64,000 nucleotides of DNA from an uncultured Candidatus Rokubacteria bacterium (GCA_963826115.1 CAWGVS010000004.1:32001-96000), one strand, 5' to 3'; positions 28,201 to 37,359 are shown, counted from the first letter of the stretch. Program-made: numbers and translations. The notes: generated by a model from the sequence alone, not told the origin.

Positions 28201-28317
28201 TCAGGGATCCGAGCAGTCGCGCGTGTATCCGCAGTGCGGGCAGACGATCTTGCACTTGATCTCGCGCATGATCGCGCCGCAGACCCAGCAGTGGTGCACG
28301 AGCGTGTCCTGGGCCAT
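28201..28317 (-). CDS. 38-aa Cys-rich microprotein (CxxCG/CPxCG zinc finger)
   Basis: Manual translation: MAQDTLVHHCWVCGAIMREIKCKIVCPHCGYTRDCSDP*; below the ORF-track length cutoff; GC3-rich codons. Confidence 0.8.
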   Translation of the reverse strand: MAQDTLVHHCWVCGAIMREIKCKIVCPHCGYTRDCSDP

Positions 28318-28342
28318 GTCGAGTCGGGTTATAGTAAGCGCG

Positions 28343-28924
28343 ATGTGCCGCCCGCATCAACTTCTCGGACGGCGCGCACCGCTCGTGCTCCTCCTGGCCG
28401 GCCTCCTCGGGACCGGGTGTGCGCGCGTCTCGCTCGACACCGTGCGCGGCGACGTCGCCGCCGGCCAGGGGCACCTCATCGGCACCGTGCCCTTCATCCC
28501 GCAGGAGACCCAGCAGTGCGGGCCGGCCGCCCTCGCGATGGTGCTCCGCTACTGGGGCGCCGTCGCGGATGCCGACGAGATCGGGCGCACGCTGTACCTG
28601 CCGTCCGCCCGCGGCGTCCTCAACATCGAGCTCGAGTTCGAGGCGCGCCGGCGGGGCTTCCGCACCCAGGCGTTCGAGGGCACGCTCGACCGCGCCAAGG
28701 CCGAGCTCCGGCAGGGCCGGCCGATCATCGTCTTCCAGGACCTCGGCCGCGGGCCGGTGTCCGTGCCGCACTTCGCGGTGCTGCTCGGCTACGACGACGA
28801 CGCCGGCGTCGTCGTGCTCCACTCGGGGACCACCGCCTATCAGGTCCTGCCCTACGCCGAGTTCCAGCGGACCTGGGCCGCGCGCCGCGCCTGGTCGCTC
28901 CTGGTCACGCCGGCCGCCCTCTGA
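28343..28924 (+). CDS. Peptidase C39-like lipoprotein
   Basis: Lipobox-like LGTGC, QxxxQCGPAALAMVL (catalytic Cys), HFAVLLGYD (His). Confidence 0.82.
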   Translation: MCRPHQLLGRRAPLVLLLAGLLGTGCARVSLDTVRGDVAAGQGHLIGTVPFIPQETQQCGPAALAMVLRYWGAVADADEIGRTLYLPSARGVLNIELEFEARRRGFRTQAFEGTLDRAKAELRQGRPIIVFQDLGRGPVSVPHFAVLLGYDDDAGVVVLHSGTTAYQVLPYAEFQRTWAARRAWSLLVTPAAL

Positions 28925-28950
28925 CCGGCTCCGCGTCCGCCCCGCCCGCG

Positions 28951-30123
28951 ATGTCGGCCCCCACGATCTTCACGCCCGCGTTCCTGACCGCCGCGGGCGC
29001 GAACTTCCTCTTCTTCACCGGGCTGGCGGGGTTCGTCCTCCTGCCGCTCCACCTCCGGCACCTCGGCGCGAGCGATGGCCAGCTGGGCCTGATCATGGCG
29101 TGTTACAGCGGGACGGCGATCGTCACCCAGCCGGTGGTGGGCGCCTGGGTCGACCGGGGCGGGCACCGCGCGTTCCTCGTGACCGGCGCCGTGCTCACCT
29201 CGGGCGTCGCGCTCCTGTTCGCGGCCGCGCCGGACGCGCTCGCGCTCTTCCCCGTGCTGCGCGCGCTCCAGGGCGTGGCCTTCTCGGTCTTCTTCATCGC
29301 GAACTTCACGGTCGTGGTCGACCTGGTGCCCCCCGACCGCCGGAGCGAAGCGCTCGGGATCTTCGGCATCTCCGGGCTGGTCTCGGGCGCGGTGGGCCCG
29401 GCCCTCGGCGAGCTGCTGGTGGGCGCCGTGGGCTTCCGCGGCCTGTTCCTCGCCGCCGCGGCCCTCCCGCTCCTGGCCGCCGCGATCTCCGCGCGGCTCC
29501 GGCTCCCGCCGGCGCCGCCGGCCACGCACCCGCGCGAGGGGCTCCCGGGTCTCCTGCGGGGCGTCGTGACGGCGCCCCGGCTGCCGATGGCCCTCGGCGC
29601 GGCCTTCGGGCTCGGTCAGGGCGTCATGTTCACGTTCTTCCCGACCTACGCGCTGGATCTCGGCGTGCGCTGGGTCGGGCTCTTCGCGATCGCGTACTCG
29701 GGCGCGGCGCTCACCGTGCGGGTGACGGCGAGCGGTCTGGCGGACACGCTCGGGCGCCGGGCGGTCATCATTCCCGCGATGGCGCTCCAGGCCGCGGCCA
29801 CCGGGCTCCTCGCGAGCATCGGGTGGCTCGCGCATGGGCTCGGTCTGCCGGCGGGTCCGCCCCTCGCGGTCGCCGGCTTCCTCGCCGGCGCGGCGCACGG
29901 GCTGCTCTATCCGGCGCTCACCGCGCTGGTGGTGGACCTGACGCCGCCCGTGCGGCGCGGCCGGATGGTCGGGGTCTTCATGGCCTTCATCCTGCTCGGC
30001 CAGGCCGGGGGCGCCGCGGGATTCGGCCAGCTCGCGCACGCGGTGGGCTACCCCGTGATGTACGTGATCCTCGGCGTGGTGCTCGCGGGCGCCACCGTCC
30101 TGGCGGTCCGGCTCGAACGCTGA
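28951..30123 (+). CDS. MFS transporter
   Basis: About 12 TM segments, GAWVDRGG and GLADTLGRR motifs. Confidence 0.87.
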   Translation: MSAPTIFTPAFLTAAGANFLFFTGLAGFVLLPLHLRHLGASDGQLGLIMACYSGTAIVTQPVVGAWVDRGGHRAFLVTGAVLTSGVALLFAAAPDALALFPVLRALQGVAFSVFFIANFTVVVDLVPPDRRSEALGIFGISGLVSGAVGPALGELLVGAVGFRGLFLAAAALPLLAAAISARLRLPPAPPATHPREGLPGLLRGVVTAPRLPMALGAAFGLGQGVMFTFFPTYALDLGVRWVGLFAIAYSGAALTVRVTASGLADTLGRRAVIIPAMALQAAATGLLASIGWLAHGLGLPAGPPLAVAGFLAGAAHGLLYPALTALVVDLTPPVRRGRMVGVFMAFILLGQAGGAAGFGQLAHAVGYPVMYVILGVVLAGATVLAVRLER

Positions 30124-30184
30124 GCGCCGAGGGGGGTATACTTCGGCACGGCGCCGAGGGGCGCCGGGCAAGGAGGGCGGGGCC

Positions 30185-30706
30185 ATGCGGAGAGCGCGGA
30201 CGCTGGCCATGGTGACGCTGGTGGGGCTCGGGAGCCTGGGCGCGACGGAGCCACCGAAGGCGAGCGGCCCGGGCGCGGGCCCGCAGGAAGCCGAGGTGAC
30301 CGCGGTCGTGGTCGATCCCGGCACGCGGCAGCCCCTCGTGCTCCTCCAGGGCAAGCGCGACCGGCGGCCGCTGGCCCTCGCCATCGGCCCCTTCGAGGCC
30401 AACGGCATCGCGATCGCCCTCCAGCGCGTCACGCCCCCGCGCCCGCTCACGCACGACCTGTTCCTGAACGTCCTGGGCGACCTCCGCGCGTCCCTGAAGC
30501 GCATCGTGGTGACGGATCTCCGGGACGACGTCTTCTACGCGCAGCTCCACCTGGAGGCGGCGGGGGCGCAGCTGACGATCGATGCGCGGCCGTCGGACGC
30601 CATCGCGCTCGCGCTCCGCGCGCGCGTGCCCATCCTCGTCGAGGACCGGGTCTTCGACAAGGCGAGCCGACCCCTGCCCAAGGGCGGGGACGCGCCGACC
30701 CTCTGA
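30185..30706 (+). CDS. Bifunctional nuclease (DUF151) family protein
   Basis: IGPFEANGIA, RPLTHDL, FYAQL, IDARPSDAIALALR; TATACT at 30137 and AGGAGG RBS. Confidence 0.9.
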   Translation: MRRARTLAMVTLVGLGSLGATEPPKASGPGAGPQEAEVTAVVVDPGTRQPLVLLQGKRDRRPLALAIGPFEANGIAIALQRVTPPRPLTHDLFLNVLGDLRASLKRIVVTDLRDDVFYAQLHLEAAGAQLTIDARPSDAIALALRARVPILVEDRVFDKASRPLPKGGDAPTL

Positions 30707-30711
30707 CCCTC

Positions 30712-31668
30712 GTGCGCGACGGGTCCGGATCGAGCCGCGCGCTACCCGACGTCGAGTGGGCCGTCCAGCGCCGCCTGGACGACCTCATCGGCAAGCTCGA
30801 GCCCAAGTTCGGGGACCTCAAGGGCCGCGTCGAGGTCATCCCGCGGCCGAGCGTGACGTTCGCGATGATCGGCGGCGCCGAGGCCGCGAAGGCGGCGATC
30901 AGCGGCCTGTCCCACGCGCTCCGCACGCCCGAGCTCTACCGCCGCTGGGGCATCACGCCGCCGCGGGGCGGCCTCCTCTACGGCCCGCCCGGGAACGGCA
31001 AGACGCTCCTCGCGAAGGCCCTGGCGACCTTGTCCGAGGCGCTCTTCTACCACCTCCGGCTCGCGACCCTCACCTCGAAGGTCGGCCTGGCGGCGTCCGA
31101 GGTGATCAAGGAGGTCTTCCAGCTCGCGGGCTCCGAAGGCAAGGGCGTCCTCTACTTCGAGGACGCCGAGGCCCTCTCGTTCGAGCACCTCCTGCCTCCC
31201 GAGCGCGCCCGGGAGGCGGCGGCGCCGCTCCTGGTCGGCATCGGCGAGCTGCTCGACGGCCTCCGCGCCTTCCCGTCGCTCCTCGTGGTCGCGTCCACGA
31301 GCCGGCCGGACGGGATCGGCTCCATCCTGATCGCCCCCGGGCGGCTCGACCACCTGATCGAGGTGCCGCTGCCCGACGGCCCCGCCTTGCGCCAGATCGT
31401 CGAGATCCAGCGGAAGCGCGCCGAGGCGCTGGCCGAGCGGCCGCTGTTCGAGGCGATCGACGCCGAGGCGCTCGTGCCGCGGCTCGCCGGGATGAGCGGC
31501 GGCGAGGTCGCCGAGGTGATCCACCGCGCGCTCGAGGAGAAGGTCCACCAGTCGGGTACGGGGTCGGAGGCCGGTCTCGTCCGGACCGAGGACCTCCTCA
31601 CCGCCGTGGACGAGTCGCGCCGCGTGCGCGACGTCGTCGTCAAGATCCGCTACGGCCAGTACCTCTGA
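30712..31668 (+). CDS. Degenerate single-module AAA+ protein of the ARC/Mpa-like type ending in GQYL
   Basis: IGG, PPRGGLLYGPPGNGKTLLAKA (Walker A), altered Walker B YFEDAEAL, altered SRH, C-terminus YGQYL*. Confidence 0.85.
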   Translation: MRDGSGSSRALPDVEWAVQRRLDDLIGKLEPKFGDLKGRVEVIPRPSVTFAMIGGAEAAKAAISGLSHALRTPELYRRWGITPPRGGLLYGPPGNGKTLLAKALATLSEALFYHLRLATLTSKVGLAASEVIKEVFQLAGSEGKGVLYFEDAEALSFEHLLPPERAREAAAPLLVGIGELLDGLRAFPSLLVVASTSRPDGIGSILIAPGRLDHLIEVPLPDGPALRQIVEIQRKRAEALAERPLFEAIDAEALVPRLAGMSGGEVAEVIHRALEEKVHQSGTGSEAGLVRTEDLLTAVDESRRVRDVVVKIRYGQYL

Positions 31669-31721
31669 TGCCGGCACGCCGGATGCCGGCCCCAGCGCGC
31701 CCCTAGGAGCGCCGACCACGG

Positions 31722-32136
31722 GTGTGGAGCGACACGACGATCCGGGTGCGGTATGCCGAGACCGACACGATGGGCGTCGTCTACTACGGCCACTACCTGA
31801 CCTACTTCGAGGTGGGGCGCGTCGAGTTCCTGCGCCAGCACGGCTACGCCATGTCGACGGTGGACCGGCAGGTGCGGATGCCGGTCGTGGAGGCATCGGT
31901 GCGCTACCTCCGGCCCGCGCGGCTCGACGACCTGCTCCGGGTGCGATGCTGGGTCAGCGAGCGGAAGCGCGCATCCTTCGTCTTCCGGTACGACATCCGG
32001 CACGCGGAGACGGGCGAGCCCGTCGCGACCGGGGAGACCCGGCACGCCTGCTGGAACCCCGAGACCCAGCGCACGATGGCGAATTCCCGAGTGGCTCGAG
32101 CCGCTCCTCGCCCCGGAGCCCGCGCCTGCTTCGTGA
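31722..32136 (+). CDS. YbgC/FadM-family acyl-CoA thioesterase (apparent +1 frameshift near the 3' end)
   Basis: RVRYAETDTMGVVYYGHYLTYFEVGRVE; family-typical RIPEWL tail lies in another frame after 32079; as given, the ORF ends at 32165. Confidence 0.85.
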
Positions 32137-32220
32137 CCGCCGTCCGCCGGTCCCGCTTGGAGTGAGCGGACCGGCGCCCGCCGCGCGTCGTCCTGCCGCT
32201 GCGCATCGGAGGAGGTGCCC

Positions 32221-33879
32221 GTGTCCAGTGTGAGTCCCGCCCGTCCGCGCCCGATCACGGAGGTCGCCGCCCGCGTCGGCCTCGCCGAGGAGGAGCTCGT
32301 CCCCTACGGTCGCGAGATCGCGAAGGTCTCCGTCCGGGCGCTCGCCGCCCGGCGCGCCGGCCCCTCGGGAAAGCTCGTCGTCGTCTCGTCGATCACCCCG
32401 ACGCCGCCCGGTGACGGGAAGACCACGGTCACCATCGGGCTCGGGCAGGCGCTGTGGCGGATCGGGCGCCGCGCCGTCGTGGCCCTCCGCGAGCCGTCGA
32501 TCGGGCCGTGCCTCGGCATCAAGGGCGGCGGCACCGGCGGGGGGCGCGCGCAGGTCGTGCCGGCCGACTCGATCAACCTGCACTTCACGGGCGACATCCA
32601 CGCGGTGGAGACGGCCCACAACCTCCTGGCCGCGTGCCTGGACAACCACCTCTACCACGACAACGCGCTCCGCTTCGACCCTCGGCAGGTGCTCTTCCGC
32701 CGCGCGATGGACATGAACGACCGCGCCCTCCGGGAGATCGTGCTGGGCCTCGGCGGGCGCTTCCAGGGCTACCCGCGCGAGGAGGGCTTCCTCATCACCG
32801 CCGCGTCCGAGGTCATGGCCCTCCTCTGCCTGGCCGAGGACCTGATGGACCTCAAGGCGCGCCTGGGGCGCATCCTCCTCGGGTTCACCTTCGACGGCCG
32901 GCCGGTGCGAGCCGAGGATCTCAAGGTCACCGGCGCGATGGCCGCGCTCCTGCGGGACGCCATCCACCCGAACCTGGTGCAGACGCTCGAGGGGACGCCG
33001 GCCCTGGTCCACGGCGGCCCCTTCGCGAACATCGCCCACGGCTGCAACTCCGTCATCGCGACGAAGCTCGCCCTCAAGCTGGGCGAGATCTGCGTCACCG
33101 AGGCGGGGTTCGGCTTCGACCTCGGCGCCGAGAAGTTCTTCGACATCAAGTGCGGGTACGCCGGGCTCCGGCCCGACGGGGTGGTGCTGGTCGCGACCGC
33201 GCGCGCGCTCAAGTACCACGGCGGCGTGCCGATGAGCGCCGTGGACCAGGAGGACCTCCCCGCCATCAAGCGGGGCATGGCGAACCTCGAGAAGCACGTC
33301 GAGGACATCCGGCTCTTCGGCGTCCCGGTCGTCGTCGCGCTCAACCGCTTCCCGTCCGACACGGACGCGCAGCTGGCCGCGATCGTGGCGCACTGCGCCG
33401 AGCTGGGCGTCCCCGCGGTCCCCGCCAACGTGTTCGGCGAGGGCGGGGCGGGCGGCGAGGCGCTGGCCGCGACGCTGATGGACGTGCTCGCCCGGCACCC
33501 CTCCCAGTTCCGGCCGCTCTACGACTGGGGCGCCCCCGTCAAGGCGAAGATCCACACCATCGCGACGCGGATGTACGGCGCGGAGCGGGTGGCGTACACC
33601 AAGCGCGCGGAGGGGCAGATCGCCCAGGCCGAGGCCCTCGGGTACGGCGGCCTCCCCATCTGCATGGCGAAGACGCAGCGCTCGCTCTCGGACGACCCGA
33701 CCCTCCTGGGCCGGCCCCGGGACTTCACGGTCACGGTGGGGGAGGTGCGGATCTCGGCGGGAGCGGGCTTCCTGGTGCCGATCACGGGAGACATCCTGAC
33801 GATGCCGGGGTTGCCCCGGATCCCCAGCGCGGAGCGGATCGACGTGGACGCCGACGGCCGAATAACCGGCCTCGTCTGA
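32221..33879 (+). CDS. fhs: Formate--tetrahydrofolate ligase
   Basis: ITPTPPGDGKTT, LREPSIGP, GIKGGGTGGG, INLHFTGDIHA, HGGPFANIAHGCNS, CMAKTQ, TMPGLP; GGAGGAGG RBS. Confidence 0.96.
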   Translation: MSSVSPARPRPITEVAARVGLAEEELVPYGREIAKVSVRALAARRAGPSGKLVVVSSITPTPPGDGKTTVTIGLGQALWRIGRRAVVALREPSIGPCLGIKGGGTGGGRAQVVPADSINLHFTGDIHAVETAHNLLAACLDNHLYHDNALRFDPRQVLFRRAMDMNDRALREIVLGLGGRFQGYPREEGFLITAASEVMALLCLAEDLMDLKARLGRILLGFTFDGRPVRAEDLKVTGAMAALLRDAIHPNLVQTLEGTPALVHGGPFANIAHGCNSVIATKLALKLGEICVTEAGFGFDLGAEKFFDIKCGYAGLRPDGVVLVATARALKYHGGVPMSAVDQEDLPAIKRGMANLEKHVEDIRLFGVPVVVALNRFPSDTDAQLAAIVAHCAELGVPAVPANVFGEGGAGGEALAATLMDVLARHPSQFRPLYDWGAPVKAKIHTIATRMYGAERVAYTKRAEGQIAQAEALGYGGLPICMAKTQRSLSDDPTLLGRPRDFTVTVGEVRISAGAGFLVPITGDILTMPGLPRIPSAERIDVDADGRITGLV

Positions 33880-33896
33880 GCGTCCCAAGGCGCCGT

Positions 33897-33908
33897 GATA
33901 TATATACT
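33897..33908 (+). promoter_or_regulatory. Putative -10 region for the GldAFG-like operon
   Basis: AT-rich GATATATATACT containing TATACT (33903-33908) in an otherwise GC-rich intergenic region. Confidence 0.45.
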
Positions 33909-34017
33909 CCACGGTCGGATCGCGGCTCCCCGGCAGTCCTACCGGGAGCGGTGACAACGCCCCGATTGTCCGGTCGATCACCCAGTATGTGCGTCCACAG
34001 GAGCGGAGCGACGAGCG

Positions 34018-35011
34018 ATGATCGAGGTTGATCGCCTCACCAAGCGGTACGGGCCGACTACGGCCATCCAGGACGTCTCCTTCACGGTCGAGAAGGGCCA
34101 GATCGTCGGCTTCCTGGGCCCGAACGGCGCGGGGAAGACGACCACGATGCGCATCCTGTCCTGCTTCATGCCCGCCTCGGGCGGAACCGCGCGGGTCGCC
34201 GGCTACGACGTGTTCGAGCAGTCCCTCGAGGTCCGCCGCCGGATCGGGTACCTGCCCGAGAACGTGCCGCTCTACACCGACATGACGGTCGGGCGCGTAC
34301 CTCGACTTCGTCGCCAACATCAAGGGCGTCGGGCGTGGCGAGCGGCGGCGGCGGGTCGGCGAGGTCCTCGAGCGGTGCCAGATCCCCGACGTGCGCGAGC
34401 GGCTGATCGGGCGGCTCTCGAAGGGGTATCGGCAGCGGGTCGGCCTCGCGCAGGCGCTGATCGGCGACCCCGAGGTGCTGATCCTCGACGAGCCGACCAT
34501 CGGCCTCGATCCCAAGCAGATCGTCGGGATCCGCCAGCTCATCAAGTCGCTGGCCGAGGCCCACACCGTCATCCTGTCGACCCACATCCTGCCCGAGGTG
34601 TCGATGGTCTGCGAGGGTGTGATCATCATCAACCGCGGGCGGGTGGTGGCCTCCGGTCCCCTCGACCGCCTGATGGAGGAGCTCTCGCCCGTGTCGCGGG
34701 TCCAGGCGCAGGTCGAGGGCCCGCCCGAGCTCGTCGCGCAGTCGCTCCGGGCCCTGCCCGGGGTGCAGCGCGTGGAGACGCGGAGCGTCGCGGACGGCGC
34801 CGGCACCTTCGTCCTCGAGTCCGATCGCGGGCGCGACGTCCGCCGCGACGTCGCGCAGCTGGCCGCGCAGCAGCGCTGGGGGCTCCTCGAGCTCCGCGCG
34901 CTCGACCCCTCGCTGGAGGAGATGTTCATCCGCATCGTCGCCGGCGAGGAGCACGGGGACGCGCTGGCGGACGACGCCGGCGGCGTCGCGACCGAGGAGG
35001 TGGCGTCGTGA
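34018..35011 (+). pseudogene. ABC-2 type ATP-binding protein (GldA-like), frameshifted at ~34291 (possibly a sequencing error)
   Basis: First frame: GPNGAGKTTT...IGYLPENVPLY; after removing one G: AYLDFVANIKG...LSKGYRQRVGLAQAL..LILDEPT..STHIL. Confidence 0.8.
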
Positions 35012-35775
35012 GGGCCTGGGCGATCTTCAAGAAGGAGCTGCGGGTCTACTTCAGCTCGCCGATCGCGTACGCCGTCCTGACGATCTTCTCGCTGATCAGC
35101 GGCTGGTTCTTCTACAACGTGTTCGGCTTCTACGTGCTGGCGAGCATGCAGGCCGCGATGAACCCGATGATGGGCCGGGACATGTCGATCATCGAGGGCG
35201 TGCTGCGGCCCCTGTTCCAGAACATGAGCGTCATCATGCTGCTGATGATGCCGATCCTGACGATGCGCCTGTTCTCCGAGGAGAAGAAGAGCGGGACGAT
35301 CGAGCTCCTCCTGACCTTTCCCGTGCGCGACGGGGAGGTCCTGCTCGGCAAGTACCTGGCCGCCCTCGCGGTCTTCGCGGCCATGCTGGTCTTGACGCTC
35401 GCCTTTCCCCTCCTGATGGCCTGGGTCACCCCGCTCGAGTGGGGACCGCTCGCCACCGGCTACCTCGGGCTCCTCCTCCAGGGCGCCGCCTTCATCGCGA
35501 TCGGGATCCTGATCTCGTCCCTGACCGAGAACCAGATCGTGGCGTCGGTGGCCACCTTCGGGACCCTCCTCATCTTCTGGGTGATCTCCTGGGCATCCGA
35601 CTCGGCGGGCGGCGCGCTCGGGCGCGTCCTGTCCCACATCTCGCTCACCGAGCACTTCGATTCGTTCTCCAAGGGCGTGATCGACACCAAGGACCTGATC
35701 TACTACCTGAACCTCACCATCCTGGCCCTGTTCCTCACCCTGCGCTCGCTCGACTCCAAGCGCTGGAGAGGTTGA
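35008..35775 (+). CDS. ABC-2 type permease (GldF-like)
   Basis: KKELRVYFSSPIAY, TMRLFSEEKKSGTIELLLTFP, SSLTENQIVA, HFDSFSKGVID; GTGA overlap. Confidence 0.9.
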   Translation: MRAWAIFKKELRVYFSSPIAYAVLTIFSLISGWFFYNVFGFYVLASMQAAMNPMMGRDMSIIEGVLRPLFQNMSVIMLLMMPILTMRLFSEEKKSGTIELLLTFPVRDGEVLLGKYLAALAVFAAMLVLTLAFPLLMAWVTPLEWGPLATGYLGLLLQGAAFIAIGILISSLTENQIVASVATFGTLLIFWVISWASDSAGGALGRVLSHISLTEHFDSFSKGVIDTKDLIYYLNLTILALFLTLRSLDSKRWRG

Positions 35776-35780
35776 TCGTC

Positions 35781-37346
35781 ATGGACCGATTCGCAAGCCC
35801 GGCCCTCTTCCTCGGCCTCGCCGGCGTGGTGGCGGGGTTCGTCCTGCAGACGTACCGGCCGTCGTGGACCACGGTGTGGCCGGCGCTCCTGATCGGCGGC
35901 GGCGTCGTGCTGCTCTTCGGCCTGTACGCGAGCTTCGCGACCAACGTGCGGCGGACCCTCGCGGGCCGCGCGACGCGCTACGGCCTGAACGCGGCGATCC
36001 TGGTCATCCTGATCCTCGGCGTCATCGTGCTCGTCGAGGCGGTGTCGTTCCGGCACAGCCAGCGGTGGGACCTCACCGAGAACAAGCGCTGGAGCCTGTC
36101 GCCCCAGACGGTGAAGGTGGCGGCCGATCTACCCGTGCCCGTGAAGGCGATCGCGTTCTTCCGGCCCGACCAGCCCGGCAAGCGGACCGCCGAGGACCTC
36201 CTCAAGCAGTACGCGGGCCGCTCGGACGGGAAGTTCACCTGGGAGGTCCTCGACGCCGACCGGAACCCGCTCCTGGCCCGGCAGTTCGGCTTCGAGAGCT
36301 ACGGGCAGGTCGCGCTCGAGGCGACCCTGAAGGACGGGCAGAAGAAGCAGGAGAAGCTCCAGGACCTCGACGAGGAGAAGCTCACGAACGCGCTCATCCG
36401 GGTCACGCGCCCCGGCAAGCGCACCGTCTACTTCCTCAAGGGGCACGGCGAGAAGGACCCGGGCTCGAGCGAGCGGACCGGCCTCGGGCAGATGAAGTCC
36501 GCGGTCGAGAAGCTGAACTATGAGGTGAAGGACCTCGTCCTGGCCCGGGAGACCAAGGTGCCCGACGACGCCACCATCGTGGTGATCGCCGGCCCGACGA
36601 AGGAGATCCTGCCCGCCGAGCTGGACTCCCTGTCCGGCTTCGTGACCCGAGGGGGCAAGCTCTTCGTGATGATCGACCCGTTCCAGAAGACCGGGCTCGA
36701 TCCGGTGCTCGAGCGGTGGGCGCTCGGACTCGGGAACGACGTGATCATCGACATCAGCCCCACGGGCCGCCGCGCCGGCGCCGGGCCGGAGATGCCCGTC
36801 GTGGTGGACTACGTTCCGCATGCGATCACCCGAGACTTCCGCTTCGCGACGTTCTTCCCCGTGGCGCGGACGGTTTCCGTCAAGGACAAGCCGGCCGAGG
36901 GCGTGACCGCCCAGGGGCTCGCGCGCACGTCGGCCGAGAGCTGGGCGGAGACCAGCCAGGAGCAGATCCGGACCGGCCAGGTCAAGCCCGACCCGGGCGA
37001 GGCGCGGGGGCCGCTGACTCTCGCCGCGGTGGCGACCGTCGACGTCAAGGACGCGCCCGCCGACAAGAAGGGCGCGAAGGCCCGGATCGTGCTGGTCGGC
37101 GACTCGGACTTCGCGGCGAACGAGTTCGTGAACCTCTCCGGCAACCGCGACTTCTTCCTCAACACGCTGTCGTGGCTCGCCGAGGAGGAGAACCTCATCG
37201 CGGTTCGGCCCAAGGAGTCGCGGAGCGCCCCGGTCTTCCTGACGGGCGCCCAGGGGCAGGCGCTCTTCCTGATCCCCGTCGTCGTGATCCCCCTGGCCGT
37301 GATCATCGGGGGCGTGGTGGCCGTCGCCCGCCGCCGCGGCCGGTAG
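35781..37346 (+). CDS. GldG-family ABC auxiliary protein
   Basis: RWDLTENKRWSLSPQT, VYFLKGHGEK, VGDSDF, GNRDFFLNTLSWL, C-terminal TM. Confidence 0.88.
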   Translation: MDRFASPALFLGLAGVVAGFVLQTYRPSWTTVWPALLIGGGVVLLFGLYASFATNVRRTLAGRATRYGLNAAILVILILGVIVLVEAVSFRHSQRWDLTENKRWSLSPQTVKVAADLPVPVKAIAFFRPDQPGKRTAEDLLKQYAGRSDGKFTWEVLDADRNPLLARQFGFESYGQVALEATLKDGQKKQEKLQDLDEEKLTNALIRVTRPGKRTVYFLKGHGEKDPGSSERTGLGQMKSAVEKLNYEVKDLVLARETKVPDDATIVVIAGPTKEILPAELDSLSGFVTRGGKLFVMIDPFQKTGLDPVLERWALGLGNDVIIDISPTGRRAGAGPEMPVVVDYVPHAITRDFRFATFFPVARTVSVKDKPAEGVTAQGLARTSAESWAETSQEQIRTGQVKPDPGEARGPLTLAAVATVDVKDAPADKKGAKARIVLVGDSDFAANEFVNLSGNRDFFLNTLSWLAEEENLIAVRPKESRSAPVFLTGAQGQALFLIPVVVIPLAVIIGGVVAVARRRGR

Positions 37347-37359
37347 GCCGGGCCGACCG

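Noticed and set aside
28201-30123. RiPP cluster (Cys-rich peptide, C39 peptidase, MFS; SagB-like gene elsewhere in the window)
   Set aside because: The peptide has zinc-finger spacing and no double-Gly leader, the C39 protein is a standalone lipoprotein, and there is no YcaO or other modifying enzyme adjacent.
31954-35655. 1233-aa ORF on the - strand, and many other long antisense or alternate-frame ORFs (e.g. 941..3103, 7677..10022, 17461..19479, 24372..26744)
   Set aside because: Shadow ORFs of genuine genes, caused by stop-codon scarcity in high-GC DNA; Arg/Pro/Gly/Ala-rich with no recognisable motifs.
34018-35775. Apparent 585-aa ATPase-permease fusion in the ORF track
   Set aside because: Artefact of the frameshift at ~34291; the middle part is out-of-frame sequence and the permease has its own GTG at 35008.
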